Positions 40,536 to 51,816 of a stretch of DNA of 64,000 nt are shown in pieces. Location of the stretch: the IMG/VR virus record IMGVR_UViG_3300046318_000188, positions 57,873 through 121,872 of that record; one strand, given 5' to 3'. Position 1 is the stretch's first letter. Every line of letters starts with the position of its first letter. The translations under genes and the position numbers were made by a program. The notes beneath the pieces were generated by a model. That model was not told where the DNA came from, did not search any database, and saw nothing but the letters and a program-made list of their open reading frames with translations. This DNA is from a virus.

Positions 40536-40618
40536 TGTATTACCTTTTGAGATTTTTTATTGAACACCATTTGTGATAGTGTTTACGATATTAGTATTTA
40601 TACTTAGATAGATTTGAT

Positions 40619-41061
40619 ATGATAACAGATTATGCATGGGAAGATGGCCAGTTAGCTGGTAATCACCTATACTTTGAAGTACAGACCGGTAGAATCGTTG
40701 GTGAAGTATCTCGTATTGGAATGTCAGGTAATCGGTCTTCCGCAACTTCTTTTGTTATTATTGGTAAAGATGAATATCTCGGTAATTACATTAATCCTCG
40801 CCACGCTAAGAACGCAGTAGAACGATATACACTTAGACACAATATGATACTTGACGGGAATATATTAGAATGAGAAAATTGATTAAGACCGTATATTACT
40901 ATGATGACGGTACCTTTGAAGAATTCAACGCACTCTCCGGTGGACCTATCTCACCACAACAATATTCATTTCTAAACCAGAATATTTTCCCTATTCTCAA
41001 ACCGGCACCTAATACCGTTCAAACAGACAAGACGAGCGAAACATACGATGGCAACCTCTAG
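40619..41061 (+). other. Two small hypothetical ORFs (40619..40873, 40870..41061)
   Basis: ATGA-coupled. Confidence 0.55.
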
Positions 41062-41332
41062 AAGAACCTTTCTTAAATTCCTCTCAGTTTCACCGGCGAT
41101 TTTCCAGGCGCTTCCGGCATTCTCTCAGTCCAGATTCAAGAAGAAGATACCAAAAGATACCAAAGGTACTCAGAAGAATTCTAATGAGCCTCTCAGCAAT
41201 CCGAGAGGTACTGGATCCGTCATTATGACTTATCCAGGAAAACCCACAGGAACCGGTGGTACTATATCATACAACGCAGAGAAAAACATGACTACGCATA
41301 CCTTCACTCGAAGTGGTACATATCATGGTTAA
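41048..41332 (+). CDS. Small protein with a twin-arginine signal-like N-terminus
   Basis: SRRTFLK followed by a hydrophobic stretch and an AFS cleavage-like site. Confidence 0.55.
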   Translation: MATSRRTFLKFLSVSPAIFQALPAFSQSRFKKKIPKDTKGTQKNSNEPLSNPRGTGSVIMTYPGKPTGTGGTISYNAEKNMTTHTFTRSGTYHG

Positions 41333-41490
41333 ACCTTGGTATATCACTTGCTTCTGGCTAGACCCTAAACTATGGGTACAGAAAAGGTTCTGGTATTCTC
41401 GATTCATTACAAAGAAACACATCCTCTTGACCATACTCAGAATCTCCATGATTTTTGACAAAACTTAACAAAATTTAATTATACTATATT

Positions 41491-41736
41491 ATGACGAACA
41501 TAAACTTCTTTGATATCTCACTATTCTCCCTTAACCTATTCTCTTTTATGTTAGGTGTAACTTGGGCTTTCTTTAATCAAGGCCTCTTTGGTAAACGAAT
41601 AGGTTACTATATCTTTATGTACTTTGCTGGATTGGCAGCATGGTACGCAGCTCTCTATTACTTCTCAGCGAATCCAGATTGGTATTCTCAGTTCCAAGAA
41701 TTAATGAAAACTCCTATTAATCTGAATCCTCAATAA
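41491..41736 (+). CDS. Small two-TM membrane protein
   Basis: Two hydrophobic segments. Confidence 0.55.
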   Translation: MTNINFFDISLFSLNLFSFMLGVTWAFFNQGLFGKRIGYYIFMYFAGLAAWYAALYYFSANPDWYSQFQELMKTPINLNPQ

Positions 41737-42176
41737 GGTACTGTAATGGATAACTCGAAGGTTACGAAGGTCCTTGTGGTCGATTCACATGGTAATTTGG
41801 TAGAAAAGAAAGAAACGACTAAGAAGGTTCCAGTGATTACGGGTACCAGGAAAAAAATTCTGGAGACACAGAGTCCTCCTTCAAAAATTTCCTCCAGGAA
41901 AAAGTCAGGAATTCGAAAAATCGGTTAGAAAAAAAGTTATCTAAACAACAGTCCGACCACCACCAGCTTTTTTTCTAATACTGTCTGTTTTGTTGTTTTT
42001 TTACAACACATCGTGGCACCGTAACAGAATATCCACCAAGCAACACGCCAATCCTATCACCATCCGTAGCACCACTCCTATACCACTCCAAGCGCCATTA
42101 TTACCACTAAAATAATACTCCAGTCTTCCGCTATACTACTCTCCGCGCCCAGCCCCAAACGGCTCAAATCTTTCGC

Positions 42177-42257
42177 TTGACACTCCGGCCAGTTCCTGTA
42201 TACTGGTTTTATTGAATGAAAGCGGCACGAAAAGTCCGCTGTTGTTCCGATACAACA
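42177..42257 (+). promoter_or_regulatory. Sigma70 promoter with a downstream TGTTG-N8-CAACA palindrome
   Basis: TTGACA-N16-TATACT at 42177-42204; palindrome at 42240-42257; a second copy at 41991-42008. Confidence 0.75.
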
Positions 42258-42273
42258 CTTTATAAGGAGTCCT

Positions 42274-42612
42274 ATGGAATTAGCTGGTTTATCTATCACG
42301 GAATTAAAGCGTATGCTGGCGCTTGTGAATCACGACCTCAAAATGAATAAGCCCACTATGAGCCGTGCTGCCAAGCGTGCCTCTAAGGCTGTCGCTCCGA
42401 TTATCTCGGAATATGCTGAATGTAATATTATTGCTCAGAAATTCACTGGTACCAAAGCATTATCTCCAGTACATAATGCTAAACTCAAAGCGGATATTCA
42501 GATCCAGCGTGATATTCTCGATTTTATCCATAATGGCGGCAATATTATCACAAGAAAATCCCGCAAGAATATCAAGCCATTAACCATTACCAATAGTATT
42601 ATATCATTATAA
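42274..42612 (+). CDS. Basic early hypothetical protein
   Basis: RBS AAGGAG directly after the promoter/operator. Confidence 0.65.
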   Translation: MELAGLSITELKRMLALVNHDLKMNKPTMSRAAKRASKAVAPIISEYAECNIIAQKFTGTKALSPVHNAKLKADIQIQRDILDFIHNGGNIITRKSRKNIKPLTITNSIISL

Positions 42613-42673
42613 AGCAGTATAAGCAACACCATTAACCATTATTACCATTACATTATAGAAAGCATTATACATT

Positions 42674-42898
42674 ATGACCACTACCAATACATTTGACATT
42701 AACCAATTATCATTATCCGCTAAGCGTGACCTAGTAAAAGCATTAAAAGAGTCCATTAAGCAGTCCGTTACCATTCAGAAGCATAATAGAGTATTAATTA
42801 AACAGAATAAAGAAGCAGAAAAGAAAGCGAAAGTATTAGCTCAGATTAAAGCTGCTGAAGATAAACTTGCCAGATTAACTGCTAAATTATCAGTATAA
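42674..42898 (+). CDS. Basic coiled-coil hypothetical protein
   Basis: 74-aa K/A-rich helix. Confidence 0.6.
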   Translation: MTTTNTFDINQLSLSAKRDLVKALKESIKQSVTIQKHNRVLIKQNKEAEKKAKVLAQIKAAEDKLARLTAKLSV

Positions 42899-42904
42899 CC
42901 ATAT

Positions 42905-42957
42905 AGTAGTATTATAATGGGCTCTGAAATATACCGAGTCCATTAGTAATATTATTA
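42905..42957. other. Imperfect long inverted repeat in a non-coding region
   Basis: AATGGGCTC (42916-42924) / GAGTCCATT (42936-42944) with AT-rich extensions. Confidence 0.5.
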
Positions 42958-43239
42958 AGCTATTGATATTATTAGAGTTTTTATTATTGAGATTATCTGA
43001 GGATGCTTAGGAATACCTTTTAGGATTAACTAGGAACCACGGAGAATCACAGGAAGAAACTAAGAGCCATTCATAGCACCATAGTCCCGACTGGTATCCC
43101 GACTATATTACGGAAAGTAATAAAGGTTATAACTGGTGGTTATTAACGGAGTGCTTAGTGTATATTATAATGATTAATATAGTGGATTTTCTATTATATT
43201 GCTTATTATAATGTATATTAAATTAAAAGGAGTATTATT

Positions 43240-43422
43240 ATGGGTTATTTTAAAGAAGTGATGATGGAGAATGAAGGTCGTTTTTATGATTATGTAGAAG
43301 AAAATGGTATTAAAATTGATGGTATTATCTTTAGTGATGCCGAAGCATTATTATCTGAGAAACCAGACCATTACTATTCAGCATTAGAAGCATTTGTATC
43401 TGAATTATATTGTGAGGAGTGA
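43240..43422 (+). CDS. Small acidic early protein
   Basis: RBS AAGGAG; 60 aa, D/E-rich. Confidence 0.65.
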   Translation: MGYFKEVMMENEGRFYDYVEENGIKIDGIIFSDAEALLSEKPDHYYSALEAFVSELYCEE

Positions 43423-43426
43423 TTAT

Positions 43427-43618
43427 ATGAGTATTAAATCTGAATTAGAAAGAGATTTTCAGTATTATTTTGATGATTTACATGGTGATGTGATTATTGC
43501 TGGTATATCATTCTCTCCAAGTGATATATTGAAAGAATTAGATCCAATTGCTTATAATGAGGAGTTTAATCATTATCTGGATGATATTAATGTGGATATT
43601 TACTCGGAAGAAGTATAA
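43427..43618 (+). CDS. Small acidic early protein, apparent paralog of 43240..43422
   Basis: RBS AGGAG; shares an I.GI.FS...L.E..P..Y pattern with the previous ORF. Confidence 0.65.
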   Translation: MSIKSELERDFQYYFDDLHGDVIIAGISFSPSDILKELDPIAYNEEFNHYLDDINVDIYSEEV

Positions 43619-43881
43619 TGGTTGATAAGGTGATTATCCCTATTATTGCTATTATTGATGTGGTATTTACTGTTATTATTATTAATTTACATTATAAGGT
43701 TATATGATTATATTATCAGCGTTTGTATTATCTAATATTATGGTAGTTTATTTTATGAAAGGTTGTAAATGAGATTATTCTATAATGTATTAGGATTAAT
43801 TGTTTGTGGTGTAGGTGTATTATTTGTTTTTAATATAGTAATGGTTAGTTTATATTACCATTTTTACTTATAATGGTGGTA

Positions 43882-43975
43882 TGTTGTTCCGATACAACAC
43901 TTGTGGAAGTATCGGCCAATCATAGTTATTGGAATATGCCATATTGATTGTGGTCTATTCCAATACCTGTATAAT
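43882..43975 (+). promoter_or_regulatory. TGTTG-N8-CAACA palindrome plus promoter ending CCTGTATAAT
   Basis: Palindrome at 43882-43899; TTGTGG-N16-TATAAT at 43948-43975. Confidence 0.7.
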
Positions 43976-44026
43976 GGTATTTTTAGTGGTCATCTTGATT
44001 GTAATTTTTAAGAAAAGTGAGTTTAT

Positions 44027-44776
44027 ATGAATTTGTTATCAGTCGGTAATCCCAAGACTTTAAAGGGAATGAAGCAAGGGTATAATACCTACATCCTGCA
44101 CCTTGCACCTGCTTCATTATCTGGTCATAATACCTGTCCTAAAGCAACGGAAGGCTGTAAAACTGCCTGCTTGAATACGGCTGGTCGTGGCGGTATGTTT
44201 AAGCGTGGTGAGAATACCAATACTATCCAGAAAGCACGGATTCGTAAAACTCAGTTATTCTATAATGACCGTGACCAGTTTATGGCACTATTAGTAAAAG
44301 ATATTAACTTAGCGATTAAGCAGTCCGCTAAAGCAGGTCTTATCCCTGTTATCCGTTTAAATGGTACTTCCGATATTGCTTTCGAAAAGTATAATGTAAC
44401 GGTTGACGGTATTACCCACTTGAATATCTTCTTTGCTTTCCCTGATATTCAATTCTATGACTATACAAAGGTTCTAGGTCGTAAAGTAAATGGTATTGAT
44501 AACTATTCACTAACATTTAGTGCGGCTGATGGTAATGATGCTGATGTATATGCTGCCATTCAGCAAGGTTACAATATTGCTACTGTATTTGGTATCAAGA
44601 AAACCTTGCCAATGCCTGAGTTTTACAATGGATTACCAGTATTTAATGGTGATGAAAGTGACCTCCGCTTCTTGGATCCAAAAGGTGTGGTTGTCGGACT
44701 ATATGCCAAAGGTAAGGCTAAGAAGGATACAAGTGGTTTTGTTAAGTTTCCACAATTTATGATGAAGGCGGCATAA
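44027..44776 (+). CDS. Gp88-like protein (radical-SAM-related fold)
   Basis: NTCPKAT.GC...CL, IRLNGTSD, FYDYTK, YSLTFS, GDESDLRFLD. Confidence 0.7.
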   Translation: MNLLSVGNPKTLKGMKQGYNTYILHLAPASLSGHNTCPKATEGCKTACLNTAGRGGMFKRGENTNTIQKARIRKTQLFYNDRDQFMALLVKDINLAIKQSAKAGLIPVIRLNGTSDIAFEKYNVTVDGITHLNIFFAFPDIQFYDYTKVLGRKVNGIDNYSLTFSAADGNDADVYAAIQQGYNIATVFGIKKTLPMPEFYNGLPVFNGDESDLRFLDPKGVVVGLYAKGKAKKDTSGFVKFPQFMMKAA

Positions 44777-44944
44777 TGAAAGAATATATTGTTCGTAAAT
44801 GGTTTTATGTTGATTATTTTGTCAAGGCAGAAACTCCAGAAGATGCCAATCGTATTATAGAGGATAATGAGGTCGACCTCAAGAATCTGGAGTATTTTGG
44901 TGACCTTGACAAGTTACCGGATGTACAAGAAGCGTAGTTTTATA

Positions 44945-44970
44945 GTAACCACTAACAAATAGTGGTTATT
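44945..44970. terminator. Hairpin, possible terminator
   Basis: TAACCACTA-acaaa-TAGTGGTTA in an intergenic gap. Confidence 0.5.
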
Positions 44971-45573
44971 AGTAAGATTATGTAAGTAGTTATTAACTAG
45001 GAAAGTTTATGAGATTAAAAGATAAGATTAAAGATTTGGTTGAGTATGATTTAGAAATGGTCTCGGCTGTTTCTGAAGCAGAAAAATTGGCATTTATTAA
45101 AGAATTGTTGGAGTTTAAGTATGAACGGACTCCAATTGTTGATATTGAAGCAAAACATGAGGAACTGGATCTATGAGTTATATTTGTGATGGTGATGTAT
45201 TTGAAACATTGGAAATGGCGATTGAATATGCCAACCATGTATATTGTAAAACTGGTATTATATTAGGTATTGAGGAGATGAAATAATGTGGGATAGAACC
45301 GAAGCGATTGATACCTTAATCAATGACGATATGAATACCGTTGAGAATGATGATGGTTGGTATTTGAGTAGTTTATTAATTAATGGTTTTAAAGGGTATG
45401 CCAATTATACCGATGAAGAATTAATGAATGAATTAATGGAAAGAGATATTTCCATCCTTTTTGGAGAAACTGAATAATGAATACATGGGAATTCGTGGTA
45501 CTTGAATTAAAATCACTCCAAAAAGGTTTTGAAGATTATCAACCAATTGTGGAATTGTTTGTTGAACAAAAAT

Positions 45574-45667
45574 TGTTGTGTGGATACAACATTATTAAAA
45601 GTAAGGACCAAGTATATCGACTCCAAGATGCCAAAATGCTTGAGGTATAATGTGGTACCTGTATAAT
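45574..45667 (+). promoter_or_regulatory. TGTTG-N8-CAACA palindrome plus promoter
   Basis: Palindrome at 45574-45591; TTGAGG-N16-TATAAT at 45640-45667. Confidence 0.7.
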
Positions 45668-45694
45668 GGTTGTATTAATTGATTAGGAGCTTAT

Positions 45695-48600
45695 ATGAAA
45701 TTTACAAATATTGCAAAAATTGGTGACATTATCCGTGCATATGATTTTAAACCATGTGCCGGTCGTGATGATGCCTTTATTGATGGTATTGTGGAAGATG
45801 CCAACAATACAGAAATGGGTTACACCGCTTATAAGATTACAGTAACCGCTGACAAGTTTACAAAGTATGAAACCAAAGCAAAAAAGGAAAATCGTGTAGG
45901 TCGTATCTTCTTTGTACCGCATCAAATTAGTTTTATGGAGTTTAATCACCGTATTGTGAATTTATCGGAATAATGGTTGAATGAGGCATTCTGTCGGATG
46001 TAAGACCTCATCTTTTTGGAGTTTATATGAGTAGAAAAATTGACCACTTTATTAGTGAATTGATTGCCAATGATATGCTTGATATTAATAAGTTGAAAAA
46101 AGCAGATTTGAAAGTATTGGCAAAGCAGTTGTTAGAGAATAATTACCGTGAGTTGCATAATGATACTATTGTGGAGTTGTATGAGAATACATTCCATACT
46201 TTTGTGAGATAATATGGATTATAGAGAAAAAGAAATGAAAATGTATATGTTTTTGGCAGATTACCAGGCACCAACAGGTTTCAGGTCATCATACAAAGGC
46301 GTACCATATTCAATGTATGGTTTATTGAAGCCTTATATTGATTATACCAAGTATTATGTAATGTTTAGAGGTCCTCGTCCTAATCGTTCTCAATCATCTA
46401 CCCGTAAGCGTGATGCTAAAGCATTTGATATTTACAAGTTTAGTGACCGTGATTGTAGAGAGAACCGCATAGAGCGTGAGGCATTTATTAGAGGAGTTGA
46501 ATATGGGCAAGTTTAATGAATTAGATTTAAGTATTCAGGAGTATGTGCAGCATTTACAGAATGATTATAATAGTAAAGGCGGCAACCAATTCATAGAGTT
46601 TAGTTATGAATTAGGTCGTAAATATGTCCATGTGATTATGAACCATGTTGGCCAGTTTAGTGCCAATCAAAGGAGTTCTCATTCATGGATATTGATTAAC
46701 GATGACAAACAGTTTAAGCAAGGTGAGATTCTAAAGTCGGCATCATGGAAGGCACCGGCACGGAACTTTGGTCGTGGTAATGTATTAACAGGTGATTATA
46801 AACAAATTAGATGGTGTGGAGTATAATATGGGCACTCGCTCACTCACATTCGTGTATGAGAAGTATGGACAAGTCCAGAAACCAATCGTTAATATGTACC
46901 GCCAGTTTGATGGTTATCCAACCGGTCATGGTGCAGAGTTGGCAGAGTTTTTAAATGGTGGCAGATTGGTGAATGGTCTTGATGGCATTGGCAAAGAATT
47001 ACAATTCAATGGCATGGCGTGTTTGGCTGCTCAGTTGGTTTCTCATTTCAAGAAAGAATCAGGTGGATTCTATTTGCATCCAACCGATGTAACCGATTGT
47101 GGCCAAGATTATGAGTATCATGTATTCCTTAAACAGGATGAATTGTATATTGAAGTATATAATTGTGGTTGCAATTTCTTTGGTGTGAGTGGTGATTCTC
47201 GTGATTTAGAATTTAAAGGCACATTGAAACAATTTACCAAGTTTTGTAAAGAAAAGGAAGTAGCATGAGAAAACAAATGATTGATCCACCTAGTGGATGG
47301 TTATATGGATTTCCTAAAGAATTACCAGAAGGTGTTGAAGATACCTTGGCGTGGTTGGTAGAGAATGGTTATCCACAGAAAGAGATTGATAAACTAGGTG
47401 AGCATTTTTATTGTAGCCATTGGTATAGAGAAGAATAATGGAATATCTAACATATTACCTTGTGTATGCTGCTGGTTATATCATTGGTTCTATTATCACA
47501 TATTACATAATGAAACAGAAATAAAATGACAATTAGATATTCTACCAATTGGATGGGAGTGGTCAATAAGCAATGGTACATAGACCGTGGACTCACCAAA
47601 AGAGTAACTAAAACATTAACCGAAGATTCCAAATTAACTGGCAGAAAAGCTGGTGAATCGTTTGAGTATGATGAGATTACACAAGGTTATTCATGTGGTC
47701 GTATTGATTGCCGTGGTACAGGATTAGGACCATATGGTGCAGAGATTAGTATACCACCAATGACTGAGCAAGATTGGGGTAGATTTAGTAGATGGTTGAA
47801 TACATTTGAAACTGATGCAATGTGGAGTTTTAAAGATATTGTTGAATTGTATGAAATAACAAATCCCAAAATAAGTTGGGCGGAAGGATATGATGATTTT
47901 TAGATTAACACAAATTGTTAAGGCTCGTGATGGCACATGGTATGATAAAAGTGTTAGAGTGAATAGTAGTCAGATTCAATATTATTATACAGATTTCATT
48001 TATAGAGATGGTAAAAGAGATTGGGAAATTACTAGAATTGTGTTTGGTGGTTCGCCTGATATTATAGTAACTCAAACAACAGAAGAAATTGATTTATTTT
48101 ATGCGAGTGCAAAGATATGAACAACCTGTTCTTTAATTCTGGTGATACTATTATTGTAACCAAAACACCGAGTGTGGAGTTTAATGATTATGTACCACGA
48201 TGGTTTATTCAACAATTTATAAAGTATATGGGTAAAGGCCATATTAAAGTTAAAGATTATCAAGGTAATGAATTGAAATTATATTATGAAGAATAACCTT
48301 GTAGAATTTGCCGAGTGGTGGAAATCTGTTTATAAAGAGAAACTGGCCGCTGTGTATATTGATGAAAGATTTACAAACGATAAGAGATATGAAATGAACG
48401 AGAAGATTAAACAACTTGCCGAGCAGTCCGGGCTTGATTATATGCCAGACCACGATTTGGCCAAGTTCGCCGAGTTGATTGTTCGGGAATGTGCTGAAGT
48501 TGCTAATGAACATAATACGGAAGCTGAAGGCATTACTCTTGGTGTAGGCAGAGTAATTAAAGAACATTTTGGAGTTGAATAATGGGAATTAGTGCATATA

Positions 48601-49880
48601 AAGAAGTAACAGAGTGGGACAATAGTGAGTTCGTGGTGCCTAACCATACTTACTTGTTCGATGGTAAGTCCAATATATTGGCCTATGCCAAGGCAAGCAA
48701 TGATGAGTTGGTGATATTGCATAAGCCATTGCCGCTTGATGGTCGCCGCCGTAAGTTTATCAAAGTGAAACATGAGGCATTGGACGCCTATGGTGCTACC
48801 ATTGTGTTGGCACCACCGCCAGTTGCAAACAATATTAATATATTCATGGTCAAGTCGGATTCAGGCAAAGAATATACAGTAGAAAAGATTGATGGAAAGT
48901 ATAGTTGTAATTGTGTGGGTTTTGCCTATCGTGGTAAATGTAAACATAGTGATGAGATAAGGAATAGAAATGAACAATGATCCGGTATTAAATACGGATA
49001 AAGAATTATGGCGTGAAATTCCAAACGACTACTATTCACCTTCTATTTTTGTAACAGAACAAAACAGCATTGGTATAAATGTTGGTGGCTGGGTTTATGT
49101 AAAGCCTGTTGAAGATTGGCATAAGTTAGCAGAACCAGCAAAGACACCAACGGATGAGGAAATAGACTACATTACAAAAAAGTATTTTAACATTCATCCT
49201 GAAGCAAAACTATCAGAACAATTCAAAATTAAATTGTATGAGTTAGAAGATTTTGCTAGAGCAATACTAAAGAAAGCGAGTGAGAAATGAAATGGAAAAC
49301 TACTCGGTATAAACCAGAAGAAGGCCATAAAAGAAGGGTTAATAAGTTTGCTTTCTTTCCTAAAGTATGTGGAACATATACGGTTTGGATGGAATGGTAT
49401 GAATCACACCAAGAATATAAAAAGATGGTTGTGTTTGATACATCTGGACCACAACCACAAATGGAATGGGTAGAGTTTGAACGAAATCTTTTGGAGTTAT
49501 ATCCGTGAGTGAGTATAGATACTTTGCCAGAGTGAATGGTAAGATGGTAGAAGAAATGTATATGGCAGAACCTGATGATCCAGTATGTGATAGGTTCTTG
49601 GCAGAAGGATTGATTGAAGCAGGACCTACTGTTGGTTGTCCTGGTGATGAGTGGTACAAACAAAAAGGAGAAGCAAATGAGCTTTGATAGAATCATATTG
49701 GTTATTGTTGCAGTATTGGTGATTGCTGGTGCATGGGCCAATTGGCCAAAAGATAAACCAAGTGTAGAAGTTATGCCTGCACCTAAGGCAGAAGGATATG
49801 TGCGACCAGTTAAAGAGGGTAATTGCTGGCGTCAGTTTATTGGTACTGGTACCAAGGATAGTATTTTAGTTTGTGGATAA
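45695..49880 (+). other. Array of small early hypothetical ORFs (e.g. 45695..45973, 46027..46212, 46214..46516, 46503..46826, 46828..47268, 47526..47903, 47890..48120, 48970..49290, 49287..49508)
   Basis: Densely packed + strand ORFs with GGAG RBSs and coupled stops/starts. Confidence 0.7.
48582..48980 (+). CDS. SWIM zinc-finger protein
   Basis: YTV...YSCNC.GF.YRGKCKH. Confidence 0.8.
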   Translation: MGISAYKEVTEWDNSEFVVPNHTYLFDGKSNILAYAKASNDELVILHKPLPLDGRRRKFIKVKHEALDAYGATIVLAPPPVANNINIFMVKSDSGKEYTVEKIDGKYSCNCVGFAYRGKCKHSDEIRNRNEQ

Positions 49881-49884
49881 GAAA

Positions 49885-50781
49885 ATGAAAATTGCTTTAG
49901 CGTCAGATGTTCACCTTGAATTTGGTGACCTCGTTATAAAGAATGAAGAAAATGCCGAAGTTTTAATACTGAGCGGCGATATTTGCACAGCTAAAGTTTT
50001 CAAACACAAACCCAAAGAACGAGCAATGGTTCGTGATTTCTTTAAACGGTGTTCATTCGAATTTCCTCATGTGGTATATGTGATGGGTAACCACGAGCAT
50101 TATGATTTTGATATGCGTGATACTTACGAACGATTGAAGTTTGAATTGGCACCATTTGAGAATATCCATTTATTGGAAAAAGAAACATGGGAACATAACG
50201 GCATCACCTTTGTTGGTGGTACATTATGGACTGATATGAATAAAGGTGATTCGTTGACTTTGTGGCATTCTGGTCAGCGTATGAATGACTTTAGATTAAT
50301 CAAGAATAGTAATCGTACCACACACCATAAGAATGTAATCTATGCCAAGAATCCTGATGGTTCTGGTATGCACTTGAAAGATTCTGATGGTAATTTGGTT
50401 GTTGAGAGAATTGACCATTATGAGAAGCCATCAAGATGGTCAGCAGAAGATTCCGTGGAAGACCACAAGAAAATGGTTGACTATATCAATATCGTTACTC
50501 AGGATAAAACCAAGAGTTATGTTGTGGTGACACACCATGCACCAAGTGGTGAGAGTGTTGCTGAGGCATACAAAGGCGATACATTAATGAATGGTGCGTT
50601 TCGTTCTGATTTAAGTGAATTCATTTTAGATAGACCACAGATTAAAATGTGGACTCATGGACATATGCACAATATGAGTAATTATTGGATTGGTGAGACC
50701 AGAGTGGTTTGTAATCCTCGTGGTTATATCAAATATGAAAGTTGTGCAAATTTCTTTCAATTGAAATATATGGAGGTTTGA
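49885..50781 (+). CDS. Calcineurin-like metallophosphoesterase
   Basis: SDVH, SGDI, GNHE, THHAP, HGHMH, NPRGY. Confidence 0.92.
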   Translation: MKIALASDVHLEFGDLVIKNEENAEVLILSGDICTAKVFKHKPKERAMVRDFFKRCSFEFPHVVYVMGNHEHYDFDMRDTYERLKFELAPFENIHLLEKETWEHNGITFVGGTLWTDMNKGDSLTLWHSGQRMNDFRLIKNSNRTTHHKNVIYAKNPDGSGMHLKDSDGNLVVERIDHYEKPSRWSAEDSVEDHKKMVDYINIVTQDKTKSYVVVTHHAPSGESVAEAYKGDTLMNGAFRSDLSEFILDRPQIKMWTHGHMHNMSNYWIGETRVVCNPRGYIKYESCANFFQLKYMEV

Positions 50782-51340
50782 TATGATGTATAAGTTTTTA
50801 TGGAATGTTAAATTGTGGTGTAAAGGCCTTATAATCATTATTATGGCACCATTTGTATTTTTGTGGAAATTGTTGATTGATTTTCCAATTGAAGTTGCTA
50901 AACGATTTTTGAGTGAGAGTGATGAAAAATAGAGAATCAATCATCCATAATATGTGTATGACCTTTCGCCATGATTATGGTTTACCAAAAACTACCGGCG
51001 AATTTGGTCCTTACCCGTTTGCATCCGGATTGACCGATGATGAACGCAAAGCCTTACATAAACAGATGGCACAGATTTTTGATAATGACATTGCACCATA
51101 TATGGAGTTTAAGAAATGAACATTTACATTGGTAATTATTGGGTGCCATTCCCTAGGTCGGAATATGGCGGTACATGGACAGTCATTGCTGAGAATGAGG
51201 CACAATGTGTGGAACTACTCAAGGAGGGTTCATACGAGGATGAGTATGAACATCTCATTGCTGGTGCAGTAGAGGCCTCCAAGCGTTTTGGACTGACTGG
51301 TGACCCAGCACCAATGGTCTTGGACACCTTCTACACCTAG

Positions 51341-51402
51341 TGTTGTACCAAAACAACAGCATGGCAGATAGTGCTTGTGGTATTCCAGGATACCTGTATA
51401 AT
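51341..51402 (+). promoter_or_regulatory. TGTTG-N8-CAACA palindrome plus promoter
   Basis: Palindrome at 51341-51358; TTGTGG-N16-TATAAT at 51375-51402. Confidence 0.75.
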
Positions 51403-51816
51403 GGTTTGTATTGAGTGAGAGAGAGAGGAACTATATGAAACTGCCTTATAAAGATATATTTGTAGCAGAAGTACCTGAGTTTATTACCAACCCATTTAGT
51501 GGTGAAGGCGTAATGCTTACACCTGAAGCAGTTGCTGTATATGATACAATTAAAGGTTGTGAGTTGTTCGGTGATTATGCCGGTGTTCGTAAAGGTTTGG
51601 ATTGGTTTGCACAAAACTTTCCAAAAGAGTATATGATTTTATTGGATTGATTATGGAAAAATATTTTGAAGAATTTGAGTATTTAAATACTCTGCGTGAA
51701 TCTGGTGTTACTAATATGTTTGGTGCTTCACCGTATTTACAAGAAGCATTTGATATTAGTAAGAACGAAGCAAGAACAATTTTAGGACTATGGATGAATT
51801 CATTTAAGGAAACAGT

